Source: Chrysomallon squamiferum
Taxonomy: Eukaryota; Animalia; Mollusca
Direction: 5' to 3'
DNA: 64,000 nucleotides
Assembly: GCA_012295275.1 (NCBI GenBank)
Contig: CM022668.1
Span: 11,904,001-11,968,000, forward strand
Part shown: positions 13,771 through 40,300 of the stretch, one piece after another
How positions within the stretch are numbered: the stretch's first letter is position 1
Layout: each line of letters begins with the position of its first letter
Program-made: the position numbers and the translations under genes
The notes under the pieces: model-generated
Databases searched by the model: none
Seen by the model: only the letters and a program-made list of their open reading frames with translations
What the model was told of the DNA's origin: nothing

Positions 13771-15904
13771 CATAAACTACACTCAATAGCATTAAATTAT
13801 TTCAGATATTACCTAACATCCTTTAATTAATTTCGCTGCCGTTCCTAATGAGTTATTTCTCGTTCCAACTAGTACTCCTCGACTGACATATTTACAGGCC
13901 TATGGCGACTTTCTAGTTAGCGTTTAGATAATTTGACCGGTCAATAAAATGGCCAGTCCGTTTAATGTGTAATGTAAACAACAATTCGACAAACAATAGA
14001 GGCAAATGGGTGAATTCTTAAAATATCGATACTAAGTGAGAAACGTTAATTGAAAGTTCGATAACCGATGTACATTTTGTTTGTCGACTGCGCGCTACGA
14101 ATGAAATCCTAAATACTTCAGTGTGTTTTTAATTTTAGAGCTTAAAGAGATAAAACATCCTTCGTTAGGTATTATATCTGAGTTAGTGTTCAAAGCGCCT
14201 TAATACTGTAGTTATTTGGTAATATATAATACTGGTCTTTAAAAAAAAAAAAAAAAATTGTTAAAAATGTCAGTAATAAGTAATAATGTTTTATGTACAT
14301 TTTGAAGTGATTATAATATTAATTTATTGTGTTTATTGTGTACGAACAACACACACACACACACATATATATATATAAAAAGAAAGAGAGCAAGTTAGAT
14401 AGACAGGGATATATACAGTATACATGTGTTTGTCTGTATAATATGTGTTGTGTGTGTGTGGTGTGTTGGTGTGTGTGTGTGTGCGTAAGATTCTAAGTAG
14501 GTATATACATACGTATATATATGTGTTTTGTTAGTTCAGACTTTTTATTGTTTTTGTTGTTGTTGTTTCAGTAACCTTGACAAAATATGTAGACAAAGTC
14601 CTCCATTTTCTGTTTCAAAACAGAAATAAATCAGTGTTTGTCATTTACAAAATAAATAAAAATAATTGTACCTTGTACATTAAAACATAATTGAAAGGCA
14701 ATAATTATTATTATTGTTATTGTTGTTGTTTTTATTATTGTTGTTGTTGTTGTTGTTGTTAACACTAGTATAGTAACCGTAGTAATAATAGTTGAACAGC
14801 ATACCTAGTAACAAACCCGATATAACAGTCAGACTATGACGTCACTGAAAGATCAACGTCATTTTAATTGTTTTGTGACGATTAAGGAAATGGTTTCTTT
14901 ACATAATCATTTCTCTTCTGTTTACTTTTTTTTTTTTTTTTTTTTTTTTTAACCTATCCCCCGCAGAAAATCTAAATTTTCAGGTAATTATCCATTGTTG
15001 ACCCCCATTTCCTTCTTTATTATGTTTTTTAAAAGTTATTGTTTATATATTTTTAAACCACTTAAAATCTTAATCGTTGTTGCTATTTGCTGCTGTTGCC
15101 AGTATTTTTTTATTTTATTTTATTTATTTTTTGGTATTTTGTTATTGTTGTTTGTTTTATTATTATTTATTTTAATTTGTTCTTATAACAATTATTACTT
15201 ACTCTAATTTATTATAAAATTAAAATGTTAAGTTTTGCATTTTTGAAAAACACCGCAAAAATAAAAACAAATATATATATATATATATATTATTTTTATT
15301 ATTATTATTATTATTATTTTTTTTTTATTATTATTTTTTTCCCCACTGCTGTGCGTTTCAAAAATCTAAAACATAACGTTTTAATTTGGCGATAATGTAT
15401 GCGTCTTGTGTTTCTCCCACTACTACTACAACTACATGCTTACGTTTACTGCTACTAGTACTACACATACTAATACTTCGACTACTTCCCAAACTATAAC
15501 GACAAGTGCATCTACAGTTCCTTCAGCTATGGAAGAAATGTTGTAATGTTGATACAGCTAAGTAGTTCCGTGTCCATGCATATCGTATCAAGGACAAGTT
15601 TATTTACAAAAGTAATATTATATTAGTAACACAACAGATGATCTACCCATCACGATAAACACCCACTACAACAGCAACTCCACTGATTTAATATGAAGGG
15701 ATATAAAGTACAATATCGTGTGTATCTATTTATCACAATAAGATTTTCCCGTAGGCGTACAGTGACAAACAAATAATGAATTAGGCCAATTAGAGTAAAC
15801 AATGTTTCTTCTTCTTCTTCTTCTTCTTCTTCTTTTAATCCGTTTGTTAATAAAGAGAAGATAATGTACTAGTTAAAAAACATACTTTTCTTTAGGTTTT
15901 TACT

Positions 15905-16006
15905 AAATAATAATAACAACAACAACAACAATAATAGTAACGATGACTATTACGCCATCACCTACTTCTACTAAAACTATTCTTCCGATAATTATTAATA
16001 CCATTC

Positions 16007-16050
<44 letters not shown>

Positions 16051-16545
16051 GTAACTGTTACAACTACATCCCTACAGCTACTGCTTCCAACTCTTCCTAC
16101 TACTACTACTACTATTAATACTTTCACTACTACTACTACTACCACTACCACCACCACCACTATTATTACTATTACCACACTACTACTACTACTACTATTA
16201 CTACTATAATTACTACTACTACAACACTACTGCTATCACTTTCACTGCTTATTATTACTTTTATTATTACTACTACTACTATTATACTATCAGTTCTACT
16301 ACATGCTTATTATTACTATTATTACTACTACTACTGCTGCTACCAGTTACAACATTACCACCACCACTTACTACACGACTGCTTGCTACAACATTACCAC
16401 CACTTACTGCTACTATTACTACTACCAACATTACCACCCCACTACCCTACTGTCACCACCACCACCACCACTACTACTACTACTACTACTTACTACTACT
16501 ACTACTATTACAACCCAACATTACCACCACTACTACTGCTACTAC

Positions 16546-16581
<36 letters not shown>

Positions 16582-16774
16582 GTACTGGTACACTACTACT
16601 ACTGCTACTACACGACTACTACAACTTACTACACCACTACTACTGCTACTACACGACTACTACTACTACTACTACACCACTACTACTGCTACTACACGAC
16701 TGTCACTACTACTACACCACTACTACTGCTACTACACGACTACTACTGCTACTAAACCACTACTACTACTACTA

Positions 16775-16806
<32 letters not shown>

Positions 16807-17140
16807 GCTACTACTCACTACTACTTACTACTACTACTACTACTGCTACTACACGACTGCTACTGGTACTACTACTGTCACTACTATTACATCTACTACT
16901 ACTACTACCACTGCCACTACTACTACCACTACTACTACTACTGTCACTGCTACTACTACTACCACTACCACTACTACCACTACTACTACTACTACTGTCA
17001 CTACTACTACTACTACTACTATCACTACTACTACTACTACTGTCACTGCTACTACTACTACTATTACTGCTACCACTACTACTACTACTACTGTCACTAC
17101 TACTACTACTGCGTATTACTACTACTACTACCACTGCTAC
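15905..17140. repeat. Long compound trinucleotide tract (CTA/CCA/CTG)n
   Basis: About 1.2 kb of CTA-based repeats. It explains the poly-T, poly-L, poly-Y, poly-S and poly-V ORFs. Confidence 0.95.
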
Positions 17141-18018
17141 AAATCTGTCACCACCTCGACTGTTACCACATTTCCTACACTTGGCCATGAATCCTTTTAC
17201 GTAATTATGTCAGAAATTAGATGAAATGGTAAACAAGTTTTATGTCAGAAGTCTTGATGCTGTCGTCAATGGCATTAAACATATTTAGATTTTTTTTTCC
17301 CCCTTCTATTTTTGGCTCTTGTATAAAGCTAAATCCACAATATGAGAATTAAATGCTTCGCTAACACATTTAAAAAGATTAAGAGCTGAATTTAAAAAAA
17401 GAAAAAGAAAAAAGGAAGATCAAAAGAAAAACAAAATAACCCCCCCAAAAAACACACATTATTATTATTATTATTATTATTATTGTTGTTGTTGTTGTTT
17501 TATTTGTTGATATTGTTGTTATAATTATTTTTGTTGTTGTTGTTATTACTGTTATTAGTATTATTTTTATTAATGTTGTTGCTTTTGCTACTGGCGATTT
17601 TGCTGTATTTAAATAAACAAAAAAATATCTATATATCTACTTGTCTGTTTACCTATTTGTATGTATACCTCTCTATCTGTCTATATATCAGTTACTGTAT
17701 CTATATATTTATATCTATCTCGCTGGCTATCTCTATGTCTATCTCTATATCTACACACCCGTAAGTCTGTCCGATTTTTTGTCTATCCGTCTAATTGAAC
17801 TTGTTACTTATTTGTGAATTTCTTTCTTTTGCTACATTTGTTTATTTTCGTTTTATTTTCCAAACCACTAATCAGTAAATTCTTTCAAAATTATACGTTT
17901 ATACTCTGAAATGTAATATTTAATTAATTAAATAACTTTATTTTATTTTTATTTTTATTTATTTTATTTTATTTCATTTATTTTACTTTTTTATTTATTT
18001 TACTTTATTTATTTTACT

Positions 18019-18049
<31 letters not shown>

Positions 18050-18447
18050 TCTTAATTTTATTATTATCGTATTTAATTTAATCATAAAATACAATTCATT
18101 TTTTTTCGTAATCAATAAATTGTAAGCATAAGAATATTATTATTAATATATTATGATTATCAGATCTGAACTTTCATGCCGTATTATCGACAGCCTTGAA
18201 AAACCGTATTAGTCGTATCAAATTATCATTTAAAAAATAAAAACAGTTATCTCTCAAGGCCATTTTTTATTATATTTTTATCTTCTACTACATCTATAAC
18301 AGACTTTATGCACAGCGGTTACAGTGGTTAGGGAAACTAAGTAGGGATGCACTCCCCTTTTGTTATAACAATGGTCGTCATTGTCGTTGTTGTCGTTTTA
18401 TTTTTATAATTAATTTATTAATTTATTATTATTATTACTACTACTAC

Positions 18448-18479
<32 letters not shown>

Positions 18480-18558
18480 GTTGTTGTTGTTGTTGTTGTT
18501 GTTACTGTTGCAGTTATTATTATTATCATCATTATTATTATTATTATTATTATCATCA

Positions 18559-18589
<31 letters not shown>

Positions 18590-18691
18590 TATTATCATTC
18601 ATTATACGCCATAAAAAAAAAAAAAAGCAGACGACATTATAAAAATATATATTATCACGACTCGTTAAAACGTAATGTTACTAAAGTCGTG

Positions 18692-18723
<32 letters not shown>

Positions 18724-18779
18724 CTGTTGCCTTTAATAAGCAGTGAAAAGGACGGAGAGAAAATATTTGTCTATTAACA

Positions 18780-19351
18780 CCCGGAAGAAACTGATTTTAA
18801 CAAATACCCACCCCCCCATCCAGAAAAAAGAACGAAAAAAAAGAAAAGAAAGAAGACGAGTAAAATTTTATCAAACGGGTGTAACTGAAACTGTGAATAG
18901 CGTTACATAGCCTGATAAACATTACGTGAAACCCCGAGACACATCACGTGACCTCTTAACCAACAAACTGGTTCCGAATAAAAAAAAGAAGAAATCGTTC
19001 ACCCTTTTAAAAGTACGCGAATAATAATAACTCCGCCTATTTAAACGCTGGTGAACACGTCACAAAACCATTTTCGTATCGAATCGTGCGGCTAGAAGCT
19101 ACGATAGCGCGCGAGCTTAGTCGAGCGCAGCAGACGTCACTTCTCTGCGGCAGACGAAAAACTGGATTAGCCGCTTGTAAATAAAGAGAAAAAGGAGATG
19201 ATTTTCGATTAAGATATTTAATAAATAATCTGCAAATGTGTTGTTCATTGTCAACAGCAGAGATGGACATTTAACTAGTATTATGGATGTGGATGTGTGT
19301 TTAGATATTTTCTCGTTTTCGGGAGAGTTTCTTTTTTAATGTGGATACTGA
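18780..19351 (+). promoter_or_regulatory. Candidate promoter and non-coding first exon of the TRAK-like paralog
   Basis: CpG-dense patch with CCGGAAG (18781), TCACGTGAC (18944-18952) and CACGTCAC/GACGTCAC motifs. A possible donor GA|GTAAAG lies at 19351/19352. The coding exon starts at an acceptor (20550-20551) 3 nt before the ATG, so an upstream UTR exon is expected. Confidence 0.45.
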
Positions 19352-19987
19352 GTAAAGTGTAGTTATTTACAGTGGAGGTTTGTATTTGTATATTTTTTTA
19401 TGTTTAGATATTTTATTTTATTTTATTTTATTATTTATTTTAATAAATTTATATTTAATTTATTTAATTTCATTGTTATTATTTAATGTTTTAAAATGTT
19501 TTTTTTTTAATTACTATTCTTTTCGTTTCTTTTTATTTTATTATTATTATTATTATTTGTTTTTTAAAAATAACAACAACAACAACATCATCATCAATAG
19601 TAATAACAATAACAGTAAGAAGAACAATTATTTCTAAAATAGTGTTAATATACTGTATTAAAAAAATAAGAAGAATCACGTTAATAAATTTATTACATAT
19701 TTAGCAACATACGAAATAGCAAATGAATTAAGCCTTTATTGACGCTAAAAGTTAATAGTTAAAATTAAGGAGACCTTAAGCGATTTTAAAAGAAAAAATG
19801 TTGAAATCAAATCCAAAACAAATAATTTTTTTATTAAAACAACTATTTTTTTAATTAATTAATTAATTAATTAATTAAATAAATAAATACATAAATAAAT
19901 AAATAAATAAATAAAATATGTAAAGTTCTAATACTAGAGTTATTTCTATTACTTCTACTATTACATATACACCAGTACATATACGTC

Positions 19988-20044
<57 letters not shown>

Positions 20045-20287
20045 AGGATTTTCATCTTCATCATTTTTATTAATATAATTTTTTGTTCTTCGTTTTATTA
20101 TTATAATATTTTTTTTTTGTTCTTCGTTTTAATATTATTATTATAGAATTTTTCTTATTATAATGTATTTTCGTCTTCGATTTAACTTCCACTGATACAA
20201 ATCGAACCAGGATCGTCAATGTGAGAACTCAGTGCTTTGATTAACTAAGTTAACAAGAAAATCTACATTTACTACTGCCAATAACAC

Positions 20288-20342
20288 GTTATACCTAATT
20301 GTTCTAAAATATTATAATAGAAACAGAAAACAAAATAAAATA

Positions 20343-20388
<46 letters not shown>

Positions 20389-20500
20389 AATAAAAAATAA
20401 ATAAAATATGTTATACCTAATTGTTCTAAAATATTCTAATAGAAACAGAAAACAAAATAAAATAATATATATACACAAATGGAATAAAAAATAAATAAAA
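20288..20500. repeat. Tandem duplication of about 120 bp
   Basis: GTTATACCTAATTGTTCTAAAATATT.TAATAGAAACAGAAAACAAAATAAAATAAT occurs twice. Confidence 0.85.
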
Positions 20501-20554
20501 TAAAATAAAATATTAAATGCAAGGAGCTTCTTTGAATTTTGTTTTCTTCAGAAA

Positions 20555-31309
<10,755 letters not shown>

Positions 31310-31763
31310 AAAGTTACATTTGGATAATTTTGTTGTGTGAAATTCCCCCAAAAAGTGTTCTTCACTAAGTTAAAATAATAATAATAATAATAATAAACAA
31401 ATAAAAAATAAACAAAAAAAAGAAAAAAAAAAAAAAGAAAGAAAGAAAGAAAAAAAAAGCAACAACCTTGAACTATCGAGTTAAATTACAGATACGGTCA
31501 TGCGCAAACAAAAAGAAAAGTGGAGGATTTGTGAGATCGTATTTCCTTCTTCGTGTATGTCAAAATAATTTTATTATCGTTCAGTCTCGAAGTCTGTTTT
31601 TCTTAAATTTTAATATAAAGAAGCAGGGCATTTGAAATCATAGATGTAGCTGGTAGTAATAGTGAAATGTATTTTTGGTTAAAAATAGCGTTGAGAAACC
31701 AAACGACGTAATGTATTGGCAAATATATGTTTATGATATTATTATTTTGTTGTTGTTGTTGTT

Positions 31764-31805
<42 letters not shown>

Positions 31806-32116
31806 TTTTGTTGTTGTTGTTGTTATTATTATTTTGTTATTATTATTATTATTTTGTTATTATTGTTGTTTTTTTTATTGTGGACTTCAGTATATAAAGT
31901 ATTGGAAGTGCAAATCATAGTATATTAAACAGGTTTATGCACATAAACTGACATCTGTAGACATTAGCATTATTTTTTGTAATTTGTTTTAAACTAGTCT
32001 GTGGGACTTAAAGGACATTGGTTCTGTGTCAGTGGTACTTAAGTGATATATATTAAGTTTAACATCCATTCAGTAATATAGTTGAAAATAATCAGATTAT
32101 AATACTAAATCTCAGG

Positions 32117-32222
<106 letters not shown>

Positions 32223-33291
32223 ATGTACATATGTATTTTTATAGACGGAATAAATTAATGACAATTGTTTTGTGTGTGTTTTATAATAACAACAGTAGCA
32301 GAAGTAATAAAAATAGTAATGGAACAAAAATAGCAGGCAACACAATTTTCGAATACTTTTTTTTATTATTAAACAGATATACAACACACCCATACAGACA
32401 ACAAAGAAAGGAAAAAAAATCATCAAGAAATTTGAAAATTTAAATATTAAGTGTTATATATTTAGTTATTAACAACTTTGAGCCATTACATATTTCATTA
32501 GCCTTTACATCAATCAAGCAGTTAATATCCTACCCATCAAAATGATATAAAGCTAAACTTTTTCCCCATCATTTATAACACTCACATTAAAGACAGGAAC
32601 TTATAATTTGGATGTGTTAGTTTATTTGTAATATGTATTAATGAAAGAAAGACACAAAAGACAAATATTTTTAATTTGATAATAAGGCATGAATATGAAG
32701 GAAATGTTCAGCAGTTTCATTGTGCCAGTATGAGACTGCCTCTTTAAATTAAAATTAAAAAATTAATGAACGAAAATTTCACGTTTTAGATTATGCCTAA
32801 AGAGAAATTAGTAAATTGTTATAAACGATATCTCCAAGAAACTGGAAGAATATAATCCACAAGCTCTCCAAGTATCATACCATTAGAAAATTACAGTGAA
32901 CTGTTTAAACAAGGCACCTAATTATGTCCCTTAATCTATACCCAATTGTCTCCCTTACATTAATATTACAAATATTCTCCATTACGTTAGTAACATCATC
33001 CTTAGAATACAAAGTTTAAGCAAAACATCCAAATAGGCAGGTAACGTATTTGAAGCTCAAGTTATACATAATAAAATATATAAATATGTATTGAAAAAAA
33101 AAAAAAAAAGCATTATTTTTATTTTTTTATTTATTTATTACCAAAATATTTTTACTCTGATATTAATAAACATGTAAGTGAACTTAAGATAAATTTATCA
33201 GTATGTCAAACCTTTTAACAAACTCACAAGAAAGGCTCACTTTAATTATTATTTAATTATTTCAGCATTTCAGCATTTTAAATCTGAGATA

Positions 33292-33324
<33 letters not shown>

Positions 33325-34576
33325 TTTGAAGATATATTAAAATAATAATACTGATAGCAATCCACGAAAATGTTTTTTTTAATGTAGAATAATTAAAAAA
33401 AACATAAAAAATTATTTATTTAAAACTTGAAAAATTAAATAACAATAATAATAAATGATTTAAATGATTTACAATTTAGTTTAAAAAATTATTTTAGAGT
33501 TGTCCAACAGTTAAGTAACTTTTTTGTTTTACTGTTATTGTATATATGTATTCATTTTTTAGTTTTCATCATTTCACGGATAAAGAAAATAGACAACATT
33601 CAATACATTTCTCTAACAACAATATATTACAACAAAGAAATAAATCATCATTTGGGAAGTTGAAAAGAAATTTCTGCTGAATTATAATAATAAAATAAAA
33701 AATAATAAAAATTACATTTATTTTAGTTACTCTAATCCTTAAAACATCACTATTAAAATTTTTAAAGTACGTTTTGTTAGAATTTTTCTTTCTTCAAAAA
33801 TCAATTTTTTATTATTATTATTTTATGTTTATTTAAACATCTGGTTACAAATACCAAATAAAATATATATATATTTTTTTTAAATTTCAATTTAATTTTA
33901 AAAATATACATTTATCACAAATAACCATAATAACAGTAAGATATTACTAATTTTTAAAATATATCTGAAATAATAATAATAATAAATTACAAAAGAATGA
34001 AACTGAAAACATGTTACAGGTAAAACCGACAGGTGCAATTAAAACAGAAGGCCAGAGTTCACTACAAGAAAGATATTTAACCAAACAAAATGACAATTAA
34101 AAGATTGAATTACAAATAAATGGCAACTTGCACAAGGTAAATAAAGTGCTTTTTGGTAGGATATCTGAAGCCAAAGTCAATTAAACAATCCACAATTCTG
34201 CATCTTCAAAAAACATAAAAAGATGAGAAAACATTCTGATTTATATTCCACAGTCAATTTTTTATTTAATATTTTTTTATTAATTTATTGATTTTTTTTT
34301 TAATAAAGTTATTTGTGTTTAGATGTATGGAAAAAAAAAAATATATCTGTATCTATAGTTATATATAATAATTTTTTTTGTAAAAATCAATAAAATAATC
34401 TACATACTGTTTATCTGCAAGAAATAAAAAGGACTAAAGTTATGTGCATAAATATTGATCAGATGATCACTGAAATAGATTTCCAAATTCTTTTAGAATC
34501 GGCAATATATAATTATTATTTTTTTATCTCAGAAATGTCTATTGATAATATTCTTAATCTTCATCCAATCAGATTT

Positions 34577-37342
34577 TCAGTTCTTCTGTTTCTTCTTGCT
34601 CTCCTTAAAAAAAATAAAAAATAAAAAAATAATAATAATAATAATTTAAAAACTAATAATTATTAAAAAAAAAAAAATTTAAAAAATTATACTTTAAGAA
34701 ACAAAGTAAGCAGAAAATCAAATCAAATTGATCATGAACTGGATGACAGTCTACTGTATTACAGTTTAAATCAGCTACTTAATTCATTAATTTTACTTTG
34801 CAAATTCAAATTACAGCAGAGAGCCAACAAATTCAAATATTACAGAATCACAGAGCACTGATACTAAAGTTATTTATGTTCATGTTGTTAAGTGGACAGA
34901 AATTAAAAAGAGGGAGAGACCAAGCAACATATACAGAATAAGACTAACTGAGAAAGACAGAAAGAAAGAGGTATGAAGGACACGAGTACGAAAATGAAAA
35001 ACAAAATAAAACAGAAAATGAAACATAATAAAACAGCCTAAACAAACATGATTTAAAATCAGTTGATAAAAGAATCGGTCAACAGTTCAGTCTGTTGTGA
35101 TTTCAGTATGACATGACATATTGTGACGTCACTTACAAATATTGACTATTCTCTAAGAGAAATATTTCTGTTTTTCTACTCCCATTCACAACAGTGCCTG
35201 TACACACAGATACACAAAATCAATTATTATTTATTTTATTTTTTACATGAATGTTTGCTTTCTTATAAGCATGTGTGCATTCAAATACATTTTGTAAAAT
35301 ATCCAGTTATTGTTGTAAGGTAACTTACACTATCTGTATTCTCTATCAGGAGAAATGGAGATGTGGGAACACAGTAAGAGACATAACAAAGATTTGTTTA
35401 CCTTGCTAGACAGAATGACGATTAAGCGACGGAAAACTTGAATGAAGTCCAAGAACAAATCAACACTGTGCCTGCAATAAACAACGATTTAACTTTAATA
35501 ATATTTCAAATATTGTTTTTTTAAATTGGTAAAAGCATTATAACACCTACTAAATTTGTTCTTAATTATCTAGGAAATGAAAAAAAAAAAAAAAAAAAAA
35601 AAAATTGTTTTTAAAAAACTATATAAAATAATATAAAAATTATAATTATAAAACTTTATTTAAAGAAAATCATTTTTTTAAAACAGTTTTAAAATCTATT
35701 TTTCAACATTTAAAAACATTAAAAAAAGAAAACTCTGAAAACAGTTTTAAAATCTACCTTGCAACATTTAATTCCATAAAAAAAAAAAAAAAAAAAAAAA
35801 AAAACATAAATGAATCTACTGAAACAATACAAAAAAAAAAAAAAAAAAAAAAAAAATTCTGTTACTAAAAATAACTGACCAGATGTAATCATCATCACCG
35901 CGGAGACGCTTTTCGATAATAAGCTGTGTGTCGTACAGAATGAATGCACAGAACAGAATCAGACCTCCATACAGTGTGATCTTAAAACAAAAAATAAATA
36001 TTTTTTTTTATCAACATCATTTCATCTTATATTAATTTCATCAACAGAAATAACAAACACTACTTCACATTAATAATAAATACGTAAATAAATAAATAAA
36101 TAAAAAAATAAATAATTACAAGTCATTTGGTACATATTTTTCAGAAATATGGATTCCGAAACTGTATTTTTTTTTTTTGTTGTTGTTTCAGACTTCAGAA
36201 TTTTAAAAATTTCATTCTGGTAGCATAATTATGTATCAACTTGTAAAACTATAATTCAACATAGCCAAACTTAAAAATAATTGCTATCCAAAAGCCTCCA
36301 AAACAAAATACATTAGTAAGATCAAGTGATCAAGATATATACATTTTTAAATTTATATATGAATAAACTAGCTAACAGAAGAGTCAGATAAATACTTTGT
36401 AATGTATTTACATGGAAAAAAACTGAATAAAACATATGATACATGTATGAGTGTATGTATGTATGCTTGTATATATGTATGTGTGTTTGTATGTATGCAC
36501 ATGAAAAAAACTTTTACGGATTCATAAATTATGGAAAAATGTATTATAAACCTGTTTTCCTGTAATCTATACTGTTGCATTACTTACGAAGAGCCAGATT
36601 TATTGTCTGGAATAACTATGCAATATTTGCATACTTACATCACATTTACCCAGGATAGCTGCGAAATCAGACACTACTGAAATATTTCTATACTTATATC
36701 GTAAATCGTCTGTCTAGGATAACTGAAATATTTCTGTTTTTGACATTTACTGAAATATTGCTATAGTGACATCATAAATCATCTGTCTTAGGTAACAATG
36801 AAATCAGACTCTACTGAAATCTTTCTCTACTTACATCACAGATCGTGTGTCTTAGATAACTATCAAAATGAGAGACTAGTGAAAAAATTTCTACACTTAC
36901 ATCGTAGATCATCTGAGAGCCAAAGAAGATGTTAGCAAATGTGAGAAGACACATCCAGGAGAGAGCAGAGAGGAGAACACCTGGATAAAAATAATAATCA
37001 AAAAATATTAAACACATTTTAAACAAATTTTCTGTGTGTGTGTCTTTGTATATATAAACCATCCACTACACAAAAATTACTATTTTTCACTATTTTACAA
37101 AAAAAAAAATAAAAATGAATTAAAAATACCAGCCAACCATACATGTGTAAGATAGTTCAAATAATTAAAAAAAAAAAAAAAAAACCTACCTCCCCCATGT
37201 AAAGATAGGTTCTGTCATTGCTGCTGTAGATGGAGGCAAGAGAGAAGCTGATGAAAATGACAAATGTCCCCATCAAGGCTGACGGTATGATGCTGGGGTC
37301 AATCTGGATTGCCATGTCCAGCAGAGGTCCAAGAGATAATCC

Positions 37343-37374
<32 letters not shown>

Positions 37375-40300
37375 AAAAAAATAAATATAAATACAGCTAT
37401 TATTTAATGATATTGATATAAGCAAAAAATGAACGTGAAAAATAAAATTACAGTGAGTAAAGCAGTTACTATGGTCTGTTAAAAGAATCTGTTGTGAACA
37501 GTTAATATTTATGACATGGGTGTGTGTGTGTGTGGATGGAGGAGGGGCAACACCAAGAATGGTTTGGTTATCATGTTGAAACAATAAAATGAATGACTGC
37601 AGAAAAAGAAAGGAGGAAAATTCAAAAAAAAAAAACAAAACAACAAAAAAAAAAAAAATAACAAAAAAAGATAAAATCAGATTTTTAATTTTTTGAATGA
37701 ATTTCCATTTCTTGGTTTTTATGTATAAGTCGATGTGTAAATGAATCTACAACAATATTCTGTCATATTTTTATTTATTCATTTAAAAAATAAAAATAAT
37801 AAAATAGGAAAAAATGTATTAAAAATGTATCATAAATAAAAATATTAATGCCAATATTATTTCACCAAATTCTTTACAATTACAAAAATGAAATTAGGAC
37901 CAATTTAATGCAATTTGGCCAATCATTGCAAGGACAATTAGTCATAAAATGTATTTTTATGTCATTTGGAAGAATCATGTTTTACATTCATATTTGATTT
38001 TGTTATTTAATTTTTCAAAAAAATACAAAAAAATTATAAAAAGCTATTTTAGATGGAAAAATAGTCAAAATTGTTCAGCAACAGCTAAAAAGCATTACAT
38101 GATCAGACAAAATATTACCTTAAAATAGTCTCCCAAAAATTCGACATACACCAGATAGAAATTTAAAAAAACAACAATACAAAATGGAAAAACATAAAAA
38201 CTTATAAAAAGCCAATTTTTTCCATAATGATTTGAGAATCAGACAGATTAATATACAAAACTGTAAATATGATGGAAATACTTGTTTTTATCATGATCAG
38301 ACATTGAGGTAAAGCTACACACCAGACAGGAAAGTAAATATGATGGAAATACTTGTTATATCATGATCAGACATTAAGGTAAAGCTACACACCAGACAGG
38401 AAAGTAAATCCAGAGAAGATGGCCAGTCTCTTGCCCTGAGTTTCCTTGCTGTGTTTAGTAAACATCAGCCACATCATCAAACCGACAGATCCCAGGGCCG
38501 TCAGCAAACCTGCCTGTTAAAACAAAACATTCACATGAAGTACAGACAGACAGACAGACAGACAGATATAGCTATAAACACAATAATCTAGTATTATGTA
38601 CATAGATACAAACAATATTAAGATGCCAGTCAGTAAAAAAACCCTAAATATTCAATATTGTGCCTTATTCGGTTATTGTAAAAACTATTTTCTTACTATA
38701 AATAGAGAGGTAGACAAACTGGCACATACATATATACATATATTAAATTATTTACATTAAAAAAAAAAATTAAATTGATCCTTTTATCTAGTATTATGTT
38801 GATGTCTGACTATAAATACATAATATTCATTTTATGTACAGACACAGATAAACAGGTCTATATATAAAATTGATATTATGTATAAAATAAATAATGTTAA
38901 GCTGTCTTGACTGTAAAAACAAAATATTCTTATTATGCATTCACAGAGACATGTGTATAAAAACAATAATCTATATTATGAACATCTAAACAAACTTTAT
39001 TTATCATAAGAACAAAAATATTCATATTATTTTGACACATCTACCTCAATTATAAATATAATTTCTTTTTTTCAGTATTATGAAAATCCAAAGAGATAAC
39101 ACAGTGAAAAAAAGAAGGCTATGATACCAGCTTGTAAAACATTTATGTCACTGTTTACATACATCTAAGGACTGATGAACATAGAGAGTACGTTCAATAA
39201 ACATAAGATTAACATAGAGAGTACTTTCAATAAACATAAGATAATTGTAAAAACAAAACAGATACTCTATGCAATTGTTCAGCCAGACAAATGCTGACAA
39301 CTGCAAGTCTGTTTATAAAAATAAAACATAAGCAAAAATTTATGAACATCAACAAACCATGTAAAAATACTAATCAACTTTTCAAATTCAAGATTTATAT
39401 ATATATATATATATAAAAAAAAATTAAAAAAATGTAATAATAATAAAAATAAAATAAAATGAAAAATTATACAACTAAAAGTTTATTTAAATATCCATAT
39501 TACGTGTATGGAAATTTTAATGACATTATTAATAAACCAACAAACCTGCATGATTCTGGTAAACAGGTGGACATAGGCTCCAACACTTGCTGTGAGCATA
39601 CCAATGGACAGAGTCGTGTAGACATTTTTCAGATGCTGCTTTACAGGGCTGCTCCTGTAGACAGATACATATTTCATTATTTGTTTATTTTTTTATTATA
39701 TTATACAGCATATTTCATCAGGACTGGATTAACGCCTTCAGAAGTCCTTAGCATTTAAAACATGTATGTTATTTACACCTAATTCTCAGTTAAAAACAAT
39801 AATAAGCCATAAAATTAAATGTTATTTTAATGAAATGAAACACAAGCAACTCATGATGATTGCATTAGTCTCAGTAAACCATGTAGCAGACATGATTCTA
39901 ATTTTATTACACTCCCAGGCTTAATGTATATCATTAACCTTAATTACTATTATTTTTATTTATATTTTTTATTATTGTATATGTATATATGTCTGTATAT
40001 GTATATGTGTATGTGTATATAGATATCTATATATCTATATATACATATACATACACAAACGTATTGTTTCAATGATAGCATTTGCAGTTTGGCACCATAT
40101 GGTATGTGGTAAATTGAGAAATAAAAACTTATGTGGTGCCCCTATGCCTTGATGCCCTAAGCAAGTGCTGATTTTGCTTGATGGTTAATTAAACCCTGCA
40201 GGAATAAAGATTTAAAAAGCATATTTGAGAAAACTGATTTTATAAATGCAATATGTATGAGACTAAATGTCCAATTTCTAAAGCAACTAAGCATTTGATG

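Noticed and set aside
15903-17204. Long Thr/Leu/Tyr/Ser-rich ORFs resembling mucins
   Set aside because: Translations of (CTA)n microsatellite, open in several frames on both strands, with no splice support.
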